DNA from: Rhizophagus irregularis
Taxonomy: Eukaryota
Direction of reading: 5' to 3'
Assembly: GCF_026210795.1 (NCBI RefSeq)
Contig: NC_089434.1
Location: 310,001 to 374,000, forward strand
Length of the DNA: 64,000 bases
Positions 13,089-27,131 of the stretch are shown here, one piece after another. Made by a program: the position numbers and the translations under genes. The notes below the pieces were generated by a model that saw only the letters and a list, made by a program, of their open reading frames with translations, was not told the origin of the DNA and made no database searches. The number at the start of each line of letters is the position of its first letter. The stretch's first letter is position 1.

Positions 13089-14612
13089 TGATAGATACTA
13101 TCTAAAACTTTTGCATATTATCATCTATCTAATCTATCTAATTAAAAAAAATTGTCATATTTAGATTACCCTGTATAAATAATTTGAATTGTGTAACATT
13201 GAAAAGTGTGCGTTCGATCTATTTCGTAATTATCATATCATAATTATATCATAATTAACTGACTACGATAACAAATCTTTAAACTAATACATTTACAGTT
13301 AATTAAAATTTTAACTGGATTTTTTTTTTTATTCTGATGGATTAATACTAACAAAAAAAAGTATAATTTCTCTAATGCATTTATTTGTGGTCATTTCCGC
13401 TCTCTCGAAACATTTCTATAATAATAGTTTTTACCAAAAAACTGAAACTACCTTTTTAGTCTTTTTTATTAATTTTTTATCCCTCTTTTCATCATTATTG
13501 TTTCTTTTGGTTAACTTAACCAAAATTTTTTTATTCTTATTGGATTTTTTTAGGGGATTTTTTTTATAATAATCGGAATTTATCAAAATTTTGGATTTTT
13601 TTTTTTAACCCAAAAAATAGGTTATTCTTTTTTTGGTTTGGGTCAAAACTATAGAACTATGTCCTATGGCTTTTTGTGAGATTTTTTTTAGTCAGTGATA
13701 TTGTTTCTGACTAATAAATTCGTGTGAAAATTTTTTTTTTAGTGAGAATTTTTTTGATTTAGTGAGAACTTTTTTTGTTTGATTTTTTCAATATTATTTC
13801 CGACTAATAAATTTGTGAAATTTTTTTTTGATATTAACGAATTTTTTTTGTAAGATTGTTTTTAATTATATAGATATTTTGTAATTAAATCAATAAATTT
13901 TTTGATAAATCTATATAACTAAAAAACTATATAACTAAAAAAATTTGTCAGACATTTGGATTAGTCTCTGTATACTAAATAATTTGAATTGTGTAACTTG
14001 AAATTTATGCCATATAATGAAAACCCGTGACATGCCTCCACCTGATCTATTTATCCATGTACATTCCAATCCAATCAACCAATACAATTTCATTTTACCT
14101 TAATCGGATGATTAATAATTTTTAAATTTTTTCGTTCAAACTGAAAAAAAATTTTTCTTCCTTTCTTCTTTCGGTTTAGTTTTTTTTTTCAAACCGAAAA
14201 ATTTGTTTTTTTTCATTATTTTCCCGTTTTCCCCCTCAAGACTAAAATGGTGTGATTTCAGGATGTAATTTCGCTAATCATTTTAGAGAAGTGGAGAACT
14301 ATTGCTTCGGTAGGAAGAAATTCTCGTTAGAGCGTAAATGCAGAAAAAAAATATCCATGCAATGATTACTTCGGCCAAGTATCTTTCTGCGCATTTCAGG
14401 TGATCGATTTAACAAGCCTTTTTGAAAACATAATTTTATCATAGGCCACATGCAAGTAACGAATTCAGGTACTAGCCACATGATGTTAAGTCGTTGTCCA
14501 CGTAAAGACTAATCAAGATTAAAGTATTTTCGATCAATACACTCTTTGAATTTATGTCTTCTGAGGAATCGTGATTTATGGATTCTCATTATACCATACT
14601 TCAACTAATGCA

Positions 14613-14942
14613 TTATTTCAGTAATTCATGCTCGACATTCTCAGCGTCACGCCTTGCATTCTCCTCAATAAAATGGTTCAATTTTGCATCCTCAGCCTTG
14701 CTTTCAGCAACCTTCTTTCTAAGTTCAGGAATCTCGGCATTCCTGGCCTCAAGCTCAGATTACTTTTAGCGTTCTTAGCCTCAAATTCAGCGAGCTTCCT
14801 TCTAAGATCAGTATTTCTCATCTTTAAGCTCAGCATTCTTGTTCTTAATCTCAGAAAACTTCTCCCTTACTAGTTCGCAAATCTCAGCAAAGAGTTTGGC
14901 ATTTAATTCCTTTAATGCATCTCTGGATTGAGTGTTTGACAT
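14613..14942 (-). pseudogene. Frameshifted coiled-coil N-terminal gene fragment
   Basis: It starts MSNTQSRDALKELNAKLFAEI, followed by fragments RNAEIPELRKKVAE..EENARRDAEN in shifting frames. Confidence 0.5.
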
Positions 14943-15102
14943 AATTAATAAAATTTATACAAGAATGTGAATTATTCAATGTTATGTTGCGAACGTAAAG
15001 ACAAGCTTTATTAATACAGATAAAAATAAATAAGAGCAGTACGAAGTAAAATAAATATAAAGAATCGGGACTTTACCCGTAATACATGACGAATTTTCTA
15101 TG

Positions 15103-15378
15103 TTAAGAACTATCTACAGTATCTGATTTTTCCGCAATCTTGCTCAATGACTTTACCCTTCTCGATTCTTCCCCACTTTGTGAATCGTCAACCGGCTTCT
15201 GTGCCTCCTCCAATAACCATACAATATACCCGAGGACCTTTTCCACCTTTGATTGTAAATTTTCATCTTTATATACTACGATCACTGGTTCTGACAGCTT
15301 AATTGATGGTCTCCGATCACTACTATCTAGTCTGCACTCCATAAAGTACCATTTTTCAGCATCTGTTACAATCCCCAT
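15103..15378 (-). pseudogene. 5'-truncated C-terminal fragment resembling Crinkler-associated REase-fold proteins of Glomeromycotina
   Basis: The ORF reads GIVTDAEKWYFMEC...VEKVLGYIVWLLEE. Its upstream part is replaced by Helitron sequence. The family call rests on recalled motif resemblance. Confidence 0.5.
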
Positions 15379-15384
15379 ACTTTA

Positions 15385-17475
15385 TCAAAACCAGAAATTT
15401 TGAATCAAGCTCTTCGTAACGATAATCCAGATGATCCAGGTGATCCAGGTATTAAAGCGTTCCAGAGGTTGCTTATCCACACAGTGGAAGAACGTGATTA
15501 CTCAGCGCAAAAACTTGCCACCTTCTACTTCAACAGCCACTTTATCACTGTAGTAGAAATTTTGTTTGTTTAAATCTTAATAAAGAGACAAATCAGTGGC
15601 TTCACGACAGTGAACATAACACAAATAATTAAACAATGAAACTAAAAAAACAGATCTCTCACTTCTGAAAAGATATTGTAGTTGACCTACTAAACTAAGT
15701 GACTTGTCATTGTTTGGATTTACCTGCAATAAAGTTAGTCAAAGGAAATCCGTAAAATGCAGTAAAGAAAACGTAGTACGTCTGCTCTGACCATCCCCAA
15801 TCAAAAATGGTCCTCAGTAGGAAGACTTTTGTCATACAAAAGTTCTCTTACTACATGTTTGCTATAGAGATATCCTTAGCCTTACAGAGAATGACACTTT
15901 CGTAGATAGACTTATATAACCGGCATTTTTCAGGAATCAACAATGATTCTAGTAATTTAGTTGAACCTGCCGTGGATAATCTTGAGGAAATGGATGGTAA
16001 CAATTCAGATGATAATGCCGACGACATTGTACAAGAAGAGAATGAACCTCGAGCTGATTGGATGGTACTGTGCCAAATAGACGAAACAACAATTTTACCG
16101 ATTCTTTAGGTTGCTACAACAGGCGTTGCAGCCTTTAATATTCAAGGTAGCACTATACATTCGGAGCTTTCCATTCCAATATTATGCGGCACAAAATATA
16201 AAATTGAAGGTGAATCTTTGAAAAAATTACAAAATATAATGAAGAATATTAAATATTTTATCATCGATGAAATAAGCATGGTAGGTCGTCACTTTCTTGC
16301 TCTAGTTGATCTGAGATCGCGTCAAGCATTTCTAGAACATTCCAATCATCATTTGGTGGACGAATCTATAATCCTTATCGTGACTTTGGACAGCTACCTC
16401 CGGTGTGTGATATTCCATGTATTCTCAAGATCATCAACCATAAGATTCTTTATCCGAGGATTACGTAATGTCTATCGTCAATTTCAAGAAGTTTATAGAC
16501 TTGAAGCTATACAACGACAAACTGGTAGCTCGGATGAACAATGCCAATTTAGGAATTTTTTGTGATTGGGAATTGTTAATGACGCAAATCCCAGAAAATT
16601 GCCAGAATCAGAGAGAAAAAAATTTTTAACATTCTTACAACATGGGAAGAAGTTGATAGAATTAATGCTGACAAACTTTGGTCATTAAACCAACCTATCG
16701 CTAAGATTGGAGCAGTTCATACGGGTGGCTCTGGCTTCGAAGGCTGATTCAGATACAGCAAATGGTCTTGAATCTGAAATATTATTAGCCAGAAACGCTC
16801 GTATTATGCTCACTGCAAATCTCTGGGTTTCCACTGGCTTTGTAAATGGTGCTACGGGAACAATAACGGATATATTATACAAAGAGGAATCTGGGCACAA
16901 ATCATTACCTACTGCCATTCTAGTTTCCTTTGACCAGTATCGTGGCCAAACTCTTACAAACTTGGATGGAATTTCGGATGTACCTAATGTTCCTATACGA
17001 AGTATGTGGGAAGGAAAGTCTGGCATATGCTCCCGCCTACAATTTCCATTTTCTCTCACGTGGGCCATTAAAGTTCACAAATTGCAAGATTTAACTTTAT
17101 CTAAGGTGGTTACAGATCTTGGCAAGAGGGAATTTGCTGCTGGTTTGCTGGTTTATCATTTGTAGCAATATCCCATGTTCGTTCTTTCAAGGATATTGTT
17201 TTCAAGCATTTTGTTTTTAACAGACTTGAGCGTATAAAAAACTGTAAAAGGCTAAAAGAACAAATAGTGGAAGAAAAAAGCTAGCTGAAATGGAAACCAC
17301 GGTGCAAAAATAAAGGTTTTTTTTTAGATAAAATAAAAGTTTTTTGTATTACAAGTGTTGTAATCGTATTTATTTGGTATATTACAGGGGCATATAAGTT
17401 AATCGTGAATCGTGATACAAATTATAAAAAAAGAAAAAAAATTGACGATTGTGACAGGGGTTAACCAGCTAATTC
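15385..17475 (+). mobile_element. Decayed Helitron: Rep-helicase (PIF1-like) remnant
   Basis: Fragments ERDYSAQ (~15490), ATTGVAAFNIQGSTIHS (~16110), IIDEISMVG, RIMLTANLWVSTGFVNGATG and RLQFPFSLTWAIKVHKLQDLTL, with many stops and frameshifts. The 3' end is tentative near 17450-17473. Confidence 0.85.
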
Positions 17476-17842
17476 AGTATAGTAAATCCTTAACACAAAA
17501 TGATCGATACTGTAATAAAATAATAAGACAAGTTAGTTTTGCTGCTAGTCACATAGTTGTAAGATACTTTTCCTTCAAAGAGGCACAAGAAAATTCTGTT
17601 TATCTGTGTAATTAAGAACATCTCTCCTGTACTAGTTGACCTATACTATCAGTAACTTTACAAGCTCGTCTATAGTGTCCTTTATTCATCTATAAAAAAT
17701 TTTTTATCTTACGGCTCATCTATAAAAATTTATCTAACGTCAAAATCTAGTATGGTATTTGTTTGTCATATTCATTATATCACGTGATTTAGTTTTTATT
17801 GAGAAATAAATTTTTGTCCTATTTAAAAAAAAAAAATTTAGA

Positions 17843-19057
17843 GGGCTTATTTTGGAAACTCTTTCTCCTTTCCGTCTGGAATTTTATATTCCGCAGTAAT
17901 ATTATAAAGATTAACCCTTAAAAAACCTTTATATGCTAAAGAGCGTACATAGGTGAGCCCTTTCTGGGCTCGGCGGAAAGGCGAGGTTTGATACCTTACC
18001 AGACTACACTCTTTTACACCCTTATGAACGAAAAATATTCGGACTTCAACCTTATCTTCAACCCTCCCAACTACGAAAAGATTCTTTTCGGCTTTAGAGA
18101 AGAGCGTCTTTTACACAACAAATTTTTTATCTTTCAACTAAGGTTCTCCATCCCAGAAAATATTCTTAAAAAGAAGATAACTTCTTTACACCAAGTCTCT
18201 TTACACCACTTGGAACTTTGGATAGAAGACTCTTTCGTCCAAACTGACGACCACTCTTGCTTCGAAATTCTTGGCGTTGGCATGGTCTCGTGCTCAGCAA
18301 GACAATTTTCCTTTTTTGGATACATGCAACGTGTATTTTAATTACAAAGAAATCCAAACTACACCAATTAAAACTCACGCTACACTAACCAAAATTTTCC
18401 TTATCGGGATTAACCTTCACGTTGACAAGAATCTTCCAGATATTTGGGCAAGACAGTCACGTGATATAGATAAAATTTTTTCTAAGGATGATATATATTC
18501 CTTATGGCGTTGGTTATTATTTCATGACACTTCTGGTTTAAATAAAGGCTCAGGAGTTACCATCATGATTACTGACAAAATAGCAAAAGATTTACAACAT
18601 ACAGAATTTGTCGAAGGACGTATCATCAATCTCATCTTCGGTTTTAAGAAATCAAATCAACTGAACGTGACTTGCTGCTACTTACCACCTAGCCCTAAGA
18701 TAGATATTACCAAATTTAAAATCAGCGCTATTTGCGTCAATAGATTTATTTTTTTATTTTTTTTTCTCATTTGTTTTTTTTGTTTTTATATAGATATACA
18801 ATTGTTCTTAAACATATGTCTTTGACATTAGATAGTTTATTTTTATTTTTTTACGTTTCCACTAGTGCTATTAGGCGGGTGTTCTTGGGAAAGTTCTTGG
18901 ATCTGACTCGTGTTCACCTATATCCATAGAGGACAGAATTCGTCACGCTTCGGGGTGGCTTGACGTGTAGTGATAGAATTACCTATAGACTCATTTTTAT
19001 GCTGTCAGTGTAATTGAATCTACCGTTTCGCTTTTCTGTTTTTTTAAAAATAAAAAT
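17843..19057 (+). mobile_element. Internally deleted non-LTR retrotransposon (LINE) inserted in the K2 upstream region
   Basis: It is absent from the K1 and K5 upstream regions and is flanked by a duplicated A(n)TTTAGA, with an A-rich 3' end. ORF 18271-18825 holds an APE-endonuclease-like stretch KGSGVTIMI..EGRIINLIF..NVTCCYLPP. No RT domain is present. Confidence 0.8.
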
Positions 19058-19372
19058 AAAAAAAAAAAATTTAGAATTAAGAAATTAAATCTTGTAATTA
19101 AATTCAATTTTAAATTTTAAAATGTAAATTTTCACTAAAGTTATTAAATTTAGACCAAAAATAGAAAAATTATGATTTAAATTACTTTGCCGAAAAGCAG
19201 ATTATTACTAAATTCGTTTTGTTCATTTTGTATTTATGGTCACATGATAGTCACACAACATTTGGTAATACATAAAACGGATGAAAAACTCCGCTTCTAG
19301 TTTTTAAGTTACAAAATTATTTTAAATTTTTTTTTTTTCACAATTTTAAACATTTTATAAGAAAATTACATT

Positions 19373-21711
19373 ATGTCTGATATTCGAAAAGAATTAGTTT
19401 ATGCTGCACTTAATAGAGCAATTACATCAATAGATTATGATATTTATGATGATATTCATAAACAACATGAATTTAAAAAACAAACTATACTTGCTGATAA
19501 TTCTCTTACAAATGATGAAAAAACTTATGCAATAAAAGAACTGAATAAGACATATGACAAAAATAAAATTTTTCTTAATGAAGGAACAAGAAGAACTTGT
19601 GAAAATTGTAACCAAGAATGTTTAGCTACATTATATTGTGAATATTGTGTTCAAAATTATTTAAAAGCAAACTTTTCAAATTGGACATCTGGAAATAATG
19701 ATATTGATAATTTAATACAAAAATGTCAAATTGAAACACTTAGACCAGATACTATAATTGAATGGATTCCATATAATAATTTACAAAATATTGAATATTT
19801 AACAAAAGGTGGATTTTCTGAAATTTATACAGCAGATTGGATTGATGGAGGATATGTAGAATGGGATTCTAAAGAACAAAAATTAATAAGACTTGGAAGA
19901 GAAAAAGTAATACTTAAAGGATTAGAAAATGTTGAAAATGCAAATCAAAGATGGTTTGAAGAGGTTTGTAATTTAATGTTATTTTATTATTATTTTCAGC
20001 TTTAGTAAATAATAAATTTTATTATATATATAGGCTGAATCACACTTTAAAATAAGCAGTAAATGGCCACAAATCATTCCATGTTATGGTTTAACACAAA
20101 ATTCATTAAATGAAAATTATATGCTTGTAATAGAGAAAGCAGATATAGATTTAAGAAAATATTTACAACAAACTCAAAATCAACTTACATGGAAAGAAAG
20201 AATAGAAGTTGCTTATGATATAATTGAAGCACTAGATGCTATTCATGATGAGAATGCAATTCATAGAGATTTGCATTCTGGAAATATATTATATTGAGAA
20301 CTAGATCAACAATGGTTTATTAGTGATCTTGGATTTTGTGGACCTGCAGATAAATCAACAGAAAGTATATATGGTAATCTTCCTTACATAGCACCAGAAG
20401 TTATTTCTGGAAAGAAAACTACAGTGGAATCTGATATTTATAGTATTGGAATGTTAATGTGGGAAATTTCATCTGGACGACCTCCTTTTAATTATTATGA
20501 AAATGATTATAAACTTGCATTGAATATAATTAATGGAATGAGACCAAAAGTAATATCAGGAACTCCTTTGAAATATGAAAATTTAATGAAACAATGTTGG
20601 GATGCTGATCCATCAGAAAGACCTGATATTGATACACTTGTAAATGAATTTTATGCACTTCTGCAATATTATCAAAATATATCAAATGAAATACTTCAAC
20701 AAGAAGCAAATAATGATTTAGAAAGAAACAAACTAATAAACAACACAATGTCAAAACATATAAGTAGCAAATTATTTACAAGTAAAATTCATCAATTTAA
20801 AAATTTACCTGAACCAAAAAATGCAACAGAAGGTATATTTTAATGTTCATTATATTTATTGATAATTAATAGTTTTTTCTTTAAAATATTAATATTGTTT
20901 TTATCTAAATAATACAGAAGAGCAAGAAGGTAAGAAATAATGGATATGTAGTACTATTAGTAATATGTGAAATATTAGATTATTTTTTCTAACTTTTAAA
21001 AAAAAAATCATTTTTAATAGCATTTCATAGTAAATCATATGATTGCTTTGATATTCCCGATAATAGTAAGTATTTTTTAAAATTAAATTATTGGTATATG
21101 ATGAAATTATTAATTATTATTTTTCTTAGTTGAAGATTTTAACAATTCAAATGATCAAAATTATGTTTATACATCTAAAACAAGTAGTATTTTAAAAGGT
21201 ACTAACTAATAAAAATTAAATATAGTTGCATGTGAATATAGTTATTTTAATTTATCTGTAACGTTTATAATTATTAATTTATCTTTGAATAATTTTTAGG
21301 CGATAGTGAAGAATTATCCAAATCATTTAATGAATTACAAATAAATTCAAATGAAGGTAAAAAATAATACTATTTTGATTACAAGTTTTGTTTCTTGAAA
21401 TATAATATCATATTCTACTTTTATAGATAATTATGGAATAGAAATAATGGAGCAACATCAAGTAAAAAAGCACAATATTGACATTGACGGTTTGTATAGA
21501 TAGTAACAATTGATTTTATGAAATTATTGTAATTTTAATATTTTTTTCTTACAGACGAGGATGAAATCTATGATGATAAAAATTTTCATTCGGAGGAGCA
21601 AGATGAATTAGAAATTCCAGATGGTAAGTTATTTTGAAATTCTTTTTTTCAAAAAAAAAAAATTTACGTAGTTAGTAATTTATATTTTATATTTTTTTAG
21701 ATGGATTTTAA
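19373..21711 (+). pseudogene. TKL kinase paralogue K2 with a premature stop
   Basis: It has the same 9-exon layout as K1. TGA at 20295-20297 replaces the Ser codon (TCA/TCG in paralogues) just after HRDLHSGNILY. Confidence 0.88.
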
Positions 21712-23963
21712 ATTTTTTATTTTACCAGATTATCTTTATTATTTAACATCAACAATGAATTTTTTATTTTATTTTATTTTTTATATTTAGGATTATTTAA
21801 ACGCTAAGATTTAGAGTAGTAAATCTAAAATGGTTTGCAAGATAGTACTTAGTTTGTAATTTAAATAATTTATTCTTTATGTATCAAATATATTTACGTA
21901 TTAAATATATAGTATTATGCTGTAACTTATTCAAATAATATGGCTTATCAATTTTATTGCTTTTATCAACAGTGAATATGTGATTAAATATTACATTTAA
22001 TATAAAAACTCTAGAAATTTTGATCGATACGATGTGTGGCGCAGCAACTTAAGAAATCGCAGTAAAAAAATTATTAAATCATCCATATAAATTATCAAAA
22101 GTTGGAAGACTAGTACTATAACGTAATATATTATTGATTATCAATTTATTAATTATCTATGTATTAAAAAATGACATTTTTTAGATCACACAGTGAACAA
22201 GTAAAAAGATCTTTTTTTTTTATTTATTTATTTTACGTCCATTTTTAGACAACTTTATTATATTAAAACCAAATTTTCATTTTTTTTAATTTATTTTTAG
22301 AACGTGAATTTTATTTTTTTTAAAAAAAAAATAATAATACGAATAAAATAAATATATACTAAGATGGTTAATCCATTTAAATCTTATTAGTTTATATAAT
22401 AACCAAAGTCAAGCGTGTCAAGAAATTTTTTCATTGAGAGATCGTCATATCATGTGCTGTAACTGATTTTTTTTTTTAAAAAAAAAAATAATAATGCCGA
22501 ATGAAGTTATTGTACTACTACATCATACCATTTATAAATTAGGAGGTATAAAAACTAAAATAGCTAATATCAAAAAAACATAGAAATATATTATTTTTAC
22601 TACCGCTAATAAATGACAATTAATCATTCTCAATAATTTGTTATTGGAATTGTTTTAACAAAGATTGGTTAATAAAATTAGCGTCAATATCAATCAACAA
22701 CATCATTGTCATGTACTGTATTTAAGTCTGATTATGTTTAATATGCTTCTTTTATATAACATATAATGTTCATATTTATTAATATTGTTTTTGCAAAAAT
22801 TTATATTGTGCTGTTCTTTATATAATGTTTTCACTTGGTAAAACATTCTTATGAAATTAAACAATATTATTATTTATAATTTATTATATTTTATACTCAT
22901 TCAAATAATTTAATTACATGATAAGTTACCTTTATTACTTCCAATTACAATCTTTATTTAATAACTAGGGATTGTCATATGTGGGAAGACTTCGTCCCCT
23001 ATTTGTTTTTTGTGTTAGATATTTATAATACAATCTATCTATTTAATGTTGATAAATTTTTTATTATTAAATTCGTGTAAATAACAAAATTTTTGTATAT
23101 AAGGAGTTGGAATGGGAAATTTGGTCTAACAATTTAAATGGGTAACAATTATATTATTTGATATTTCTTCTAGCCTTGCATGTTCACTTTTAACCATTGA
23201 AAATACATCTGGTGTAAAATAACATCACTAAATTGAGAAAGTATACTTTGATACGTTGATTAACATCTACAAATTGATTAGATGAAACAAAATTAACAAA
23301 TATGGGATAGATTTAAACAAAATATGTTATTGTATGTTGTTTACAAATTAATATTAAATAAATTTTACCATTGCGCCATAAAATTTTAGCATCAATACTG
23401 CGCAAACGGTCATTATTATTGTATTTAATAATTTTATGTATTACAAATTAAAAATTAAAAATTTATAAGTAATTGACTTAATATTTGTGTCAAAAAGTTA
23501 TTTATTTATTTATTTATTTTTCGAATTTGATACATGATGCTATTGTAAATCACTACCATTTTTTTATCACAAAAAAAAATTTTTTTTTTTTGTAATTTTT
23601 TTTTCATGCTTTTAAAAAAATTTTATTGTGACACTTTTTGGGGTAAGAAAAGAATTTATAATGTTGTACAGTTTAGTTTAAACAAAAGTTCATAATTAGT
23701 TGATGATCACTGCGGTTTAATGAATTGTATTTGACGAAAAATATAATGTTAGACTATTTTATCTATTTCATCTTTTGATGTTAGATGTCATTTATTCCTT
23801 CATCCGGCATGATCAGTATTTTAATCATTTCTCGAATAGGAGGAAAAAAACGAATATCGTAAAATATAAATGAAAGATCAAACAGAATTTTTTTTTTTTT
23901 CAAAAATTAACTTTCTCTTACTTTCATCTACTACTTTTATAAAAAAAGAAGCTTTTCATTATA

Positions 23964-24527
23964 ATGTCGTTGGTAACAAGAGGAAAAGAAGAATTATCTG
24001 GTTTCAAAGATATGGAGGAAGATTACAAATGGATACTTCATGATAATTGTAAAACGCATGGAAGTTCGTGTGGTGGCTCTATTTCTGAAAGAGTTGCAGC
24101 AGGCGTTTTCGAAATTGATGAAAGTAAAGTTAATGAATTCTGTGAAAATTTTTTCAACTGTTATGACGAACAACCAAAAAAATTTCTTACGAGTGCGCTT
24201 AAAGGTTTGATGTTAAGCGATCAATCCGCTATTGAAGATAATTATGTAGATATTAAATACGGGGAGCAGAACGTTGGCAAACCTATTACTGGAGGTTATT
24301 TTCTCATGGTGACTGATGAAAGTCCTATGAATGGAAAACGTACATTTTTTTTCGCAATTGCTCAAATTACTAAGGACCCCAGCAATAACCATTACTTTTT
24401 ACAAGACTATTACTTGGGAAAGCGTGTCCGCGTTGAAAACGCACTAAAGTATATGTTGTACGAAGCAACTAAATACAGAAAATTTTATATAGAAGATCAA
24501 TTACATTCTCATGTAATTGGAATATAG
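23964..24527 (+). CDS. Intronless hypothetical protein, 187 aa
   Basis: A clean ATG-to-stop ORF with higher GC than its flanks, globular amino-acid composition and a pyrimidine-rich leader. No family was recognised. Confidence 0.75.
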   Translation: MSLVTRGKEELSGFKDMEEDYKWILHDNCKTHGSSCGGSISERVAAGVFEIDESKVNEFCENFFNCYDEQPKKFLTSALKGLMLSDQSAIEDNYVDIKYGEQNVGKPITGGYFLMVTDESPMNGKRTFFFAIAQITKDPSNNHYFLQDYYLGKRVRVENALKYMLYEATKYRKFYIEDQLHSHVIGI

Positions 24528-27131
24528 TGTAAACAATTATATTCCGTACGTAGTAGAGATAAATATTCACTCTCACTATGTTATACTATATTTAATTTTT
24601 ATTTTTTTTTTGTTTATTGTAAGAATGAATTTGTATTTACGAATAAATTATATTGTTAACAGTTCTAACATGCTCTAATTTCTTAGTAAAACATTGAAAA
24701 TATATATCATATGACATTTATATAAAACAATTTAAAATATTATTGTTATACCAAACACTCCTTTATATACCTAAAGTCTGGCCCTCCAGAGATTCCAGCA
24801 GTCTAAAAACTAAAAAAAAAGAAATGTTATTATATCTCTTTAGTAAAATTGATAGTCTAATCCTTCCTTGTAATAAGTTCAGTTCGTTTAAGTCTTCCTC
24901 TACAAAGGAGAAACTTAGTGTGCTAAAAAAAAAGAAAAATGTAAAATATAAAATTATAAAAATCCGAAAAAATCAAGTTTTTTGAAAACTTTTTTTAAAA
25001 TATAAAAGTAAAAAAAAAATTTAAACGAAAAAAAAATGAGAAAAAAATAAATTGTTTAAAAAGTTTTAAAAGCTAATAAAATAAAATCAATTTTAAAAAT
25101 AATAAAAAAGAATACTAAATTACAATAAAAAAGTAAATTACGTTAAAAAATTGATATTAATCAGGAAAAATTTAAAAAGGAAGTCATGCAAACTTAAAAA
25201 TTCATCAACAAGCCTTCAAAAAAAAAAAAATTTAAATGAAAAAAAATAATAAAAATTTCGAAGATAAATACCTTCAAGATGCCCATAGGTTACATAAAAA
25301 TCATAGTTAATAATCACGTAGCTATGTTTACGCTAAAATGCATATTTACACTTGGTTTTTTTTTTCTTCAATTTCTACAAAAAAATAAAAATAAAATAAT
25401 ATGAATAAGGCTTAATAATTAACATAATTATTTTACATATTTTACATATTTTTATATTTTTAAGATTAAATTACTTTAACCATAGTAATATAGAAAAACT
25501 ATACTATAAATACGGAATAATAGATCAGGCGCAGACGCATCACACATTACGCAATTCATGATTTTTTTAAACGTAACCAAATTTTCTTAATTATATAGGC
25601 AAGTTATATTTGCTTTTTTGATTGCAAGAAATTTTGTTTCAAAAAATTATCTGAACAAAAGTAAAGAATTTCATACATTAAAATACTTGAATATAAATTA
25701 ATTTAAATAGATTTAATAGTAGCAAATGAATAATTTTAAAACACGTAATTGGAATTTGGATTGCTGAACAACATGTACGAAAACCATTCAAAATCCAAAC
25801 GATCAGAATCCCACTATAATACTGTAATACAACCCGAATCTCACGTAGGTAAGGCGCAGGCAAAAAAAATTACTAGCTCTAAGCCTCTCTTTTCAGGGCC
25901 GGAATTATAATGATGCCATCCAGTATCTAAAAAAGGAAATAATTTCCTGACTAGAGTTATCTGTAATTATCCATAAAAGGAAGGATTTACATGATTATTC
26001 GAACGTTTACAAATCATAATCTCGGGTCCACATTTTCCGACACTTTATTATCTTTTTTTTTTAAATTTTACATCATTATTTTTTTCTTTTTTTTTAGATG
26101 TAATAATTTGTAATACTTCGATAACAGTAATATTTTTATTAATATGTAATATTTTTATAATGTTTCGCAAGAATTAAATGTTTTTAAAATATTTTTTTTT
26201 TATTAATACGTTGCAAAATTAAGTAACAGGTAACAATTAAATATTTTTGTTAATAGTATGTAAAGATTTTTAAAATATTTCGCAAGAAATTAATTTTTTT
26301 ATTTTAAAAATTAATAATATTATTAATATTTAATAATTTTAATACTACTTTGCAAAATTTTATGAATTAATATTTGTGTTATTAGTTAGAAAAAATAAAT
26401 TTCAATTTTATGATTTATATTAAAATGTAATTTTTTTGCTATAATTATTTTTAATATACCAGACTAAATTTTAATAAATCATTTTTTAAAATTTTTATAT
26501 TCATGAGAATTAAGTGTCGGAATATATAATGAGCGTTTGGGATTTTGAATTTTTGGGATTACGATTTGTCAAGAATTTGTGAACGTCAGGTTTATATTGT
26601 AACGGGATTCTGATCATTGCCTTTATGAATTACATGAATTACATGAATTACATATTTCAAACAAACAAATTTTTTACGTCTATCTCAAAGCTAAAGTTAA
26701 ATTTTCCATGTATACTAAACAAAAAGATAATAGTCCCATCCATTTTTATTGTATTTATTTAACAGCAATTTTGTAGAATTTTTAAATTTTACTATTTTGA
26801 AAATAAATTGTTTCATAATATTTTATAAATGTATTTTTACCTGCCAACCGCATTAAATATTTTTTAACAAATTTAACATTAGAAAAGTGACAAGCTTTTT
26901 CATACATTCTATAATGACATCTTAATAATAATTGCGAAATACCAATTATAATTGCTGATGTTAAATTAATTACTGTATAAGTTACTTTATTGGGCATCCC
27001 TATAGGATCATGTTATTTAATTTCCGCTCAATATTGCTAACGCATTACGTCATTTACCAAATATCATTTACATTAGTTTAGCTTAATACTGTACAGCAAT
27101 TTGAAAAACTGTTACTTAAACTATATTAGTA

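Noticed and set aside
16685..17068. 127-aa minus-strand ORF
   Set aside because: It is antisense to the Helitron helicase remnant.
19427..19615. Recurrent antisense ORFs (MVTIFTSSSC..., also 36756, 41338, 60118; and 3697, 20530, 58953)
   Set aside because: They are shadows of the duplicated kinase exons, and their recurrence is explained by the sense-strand gene.
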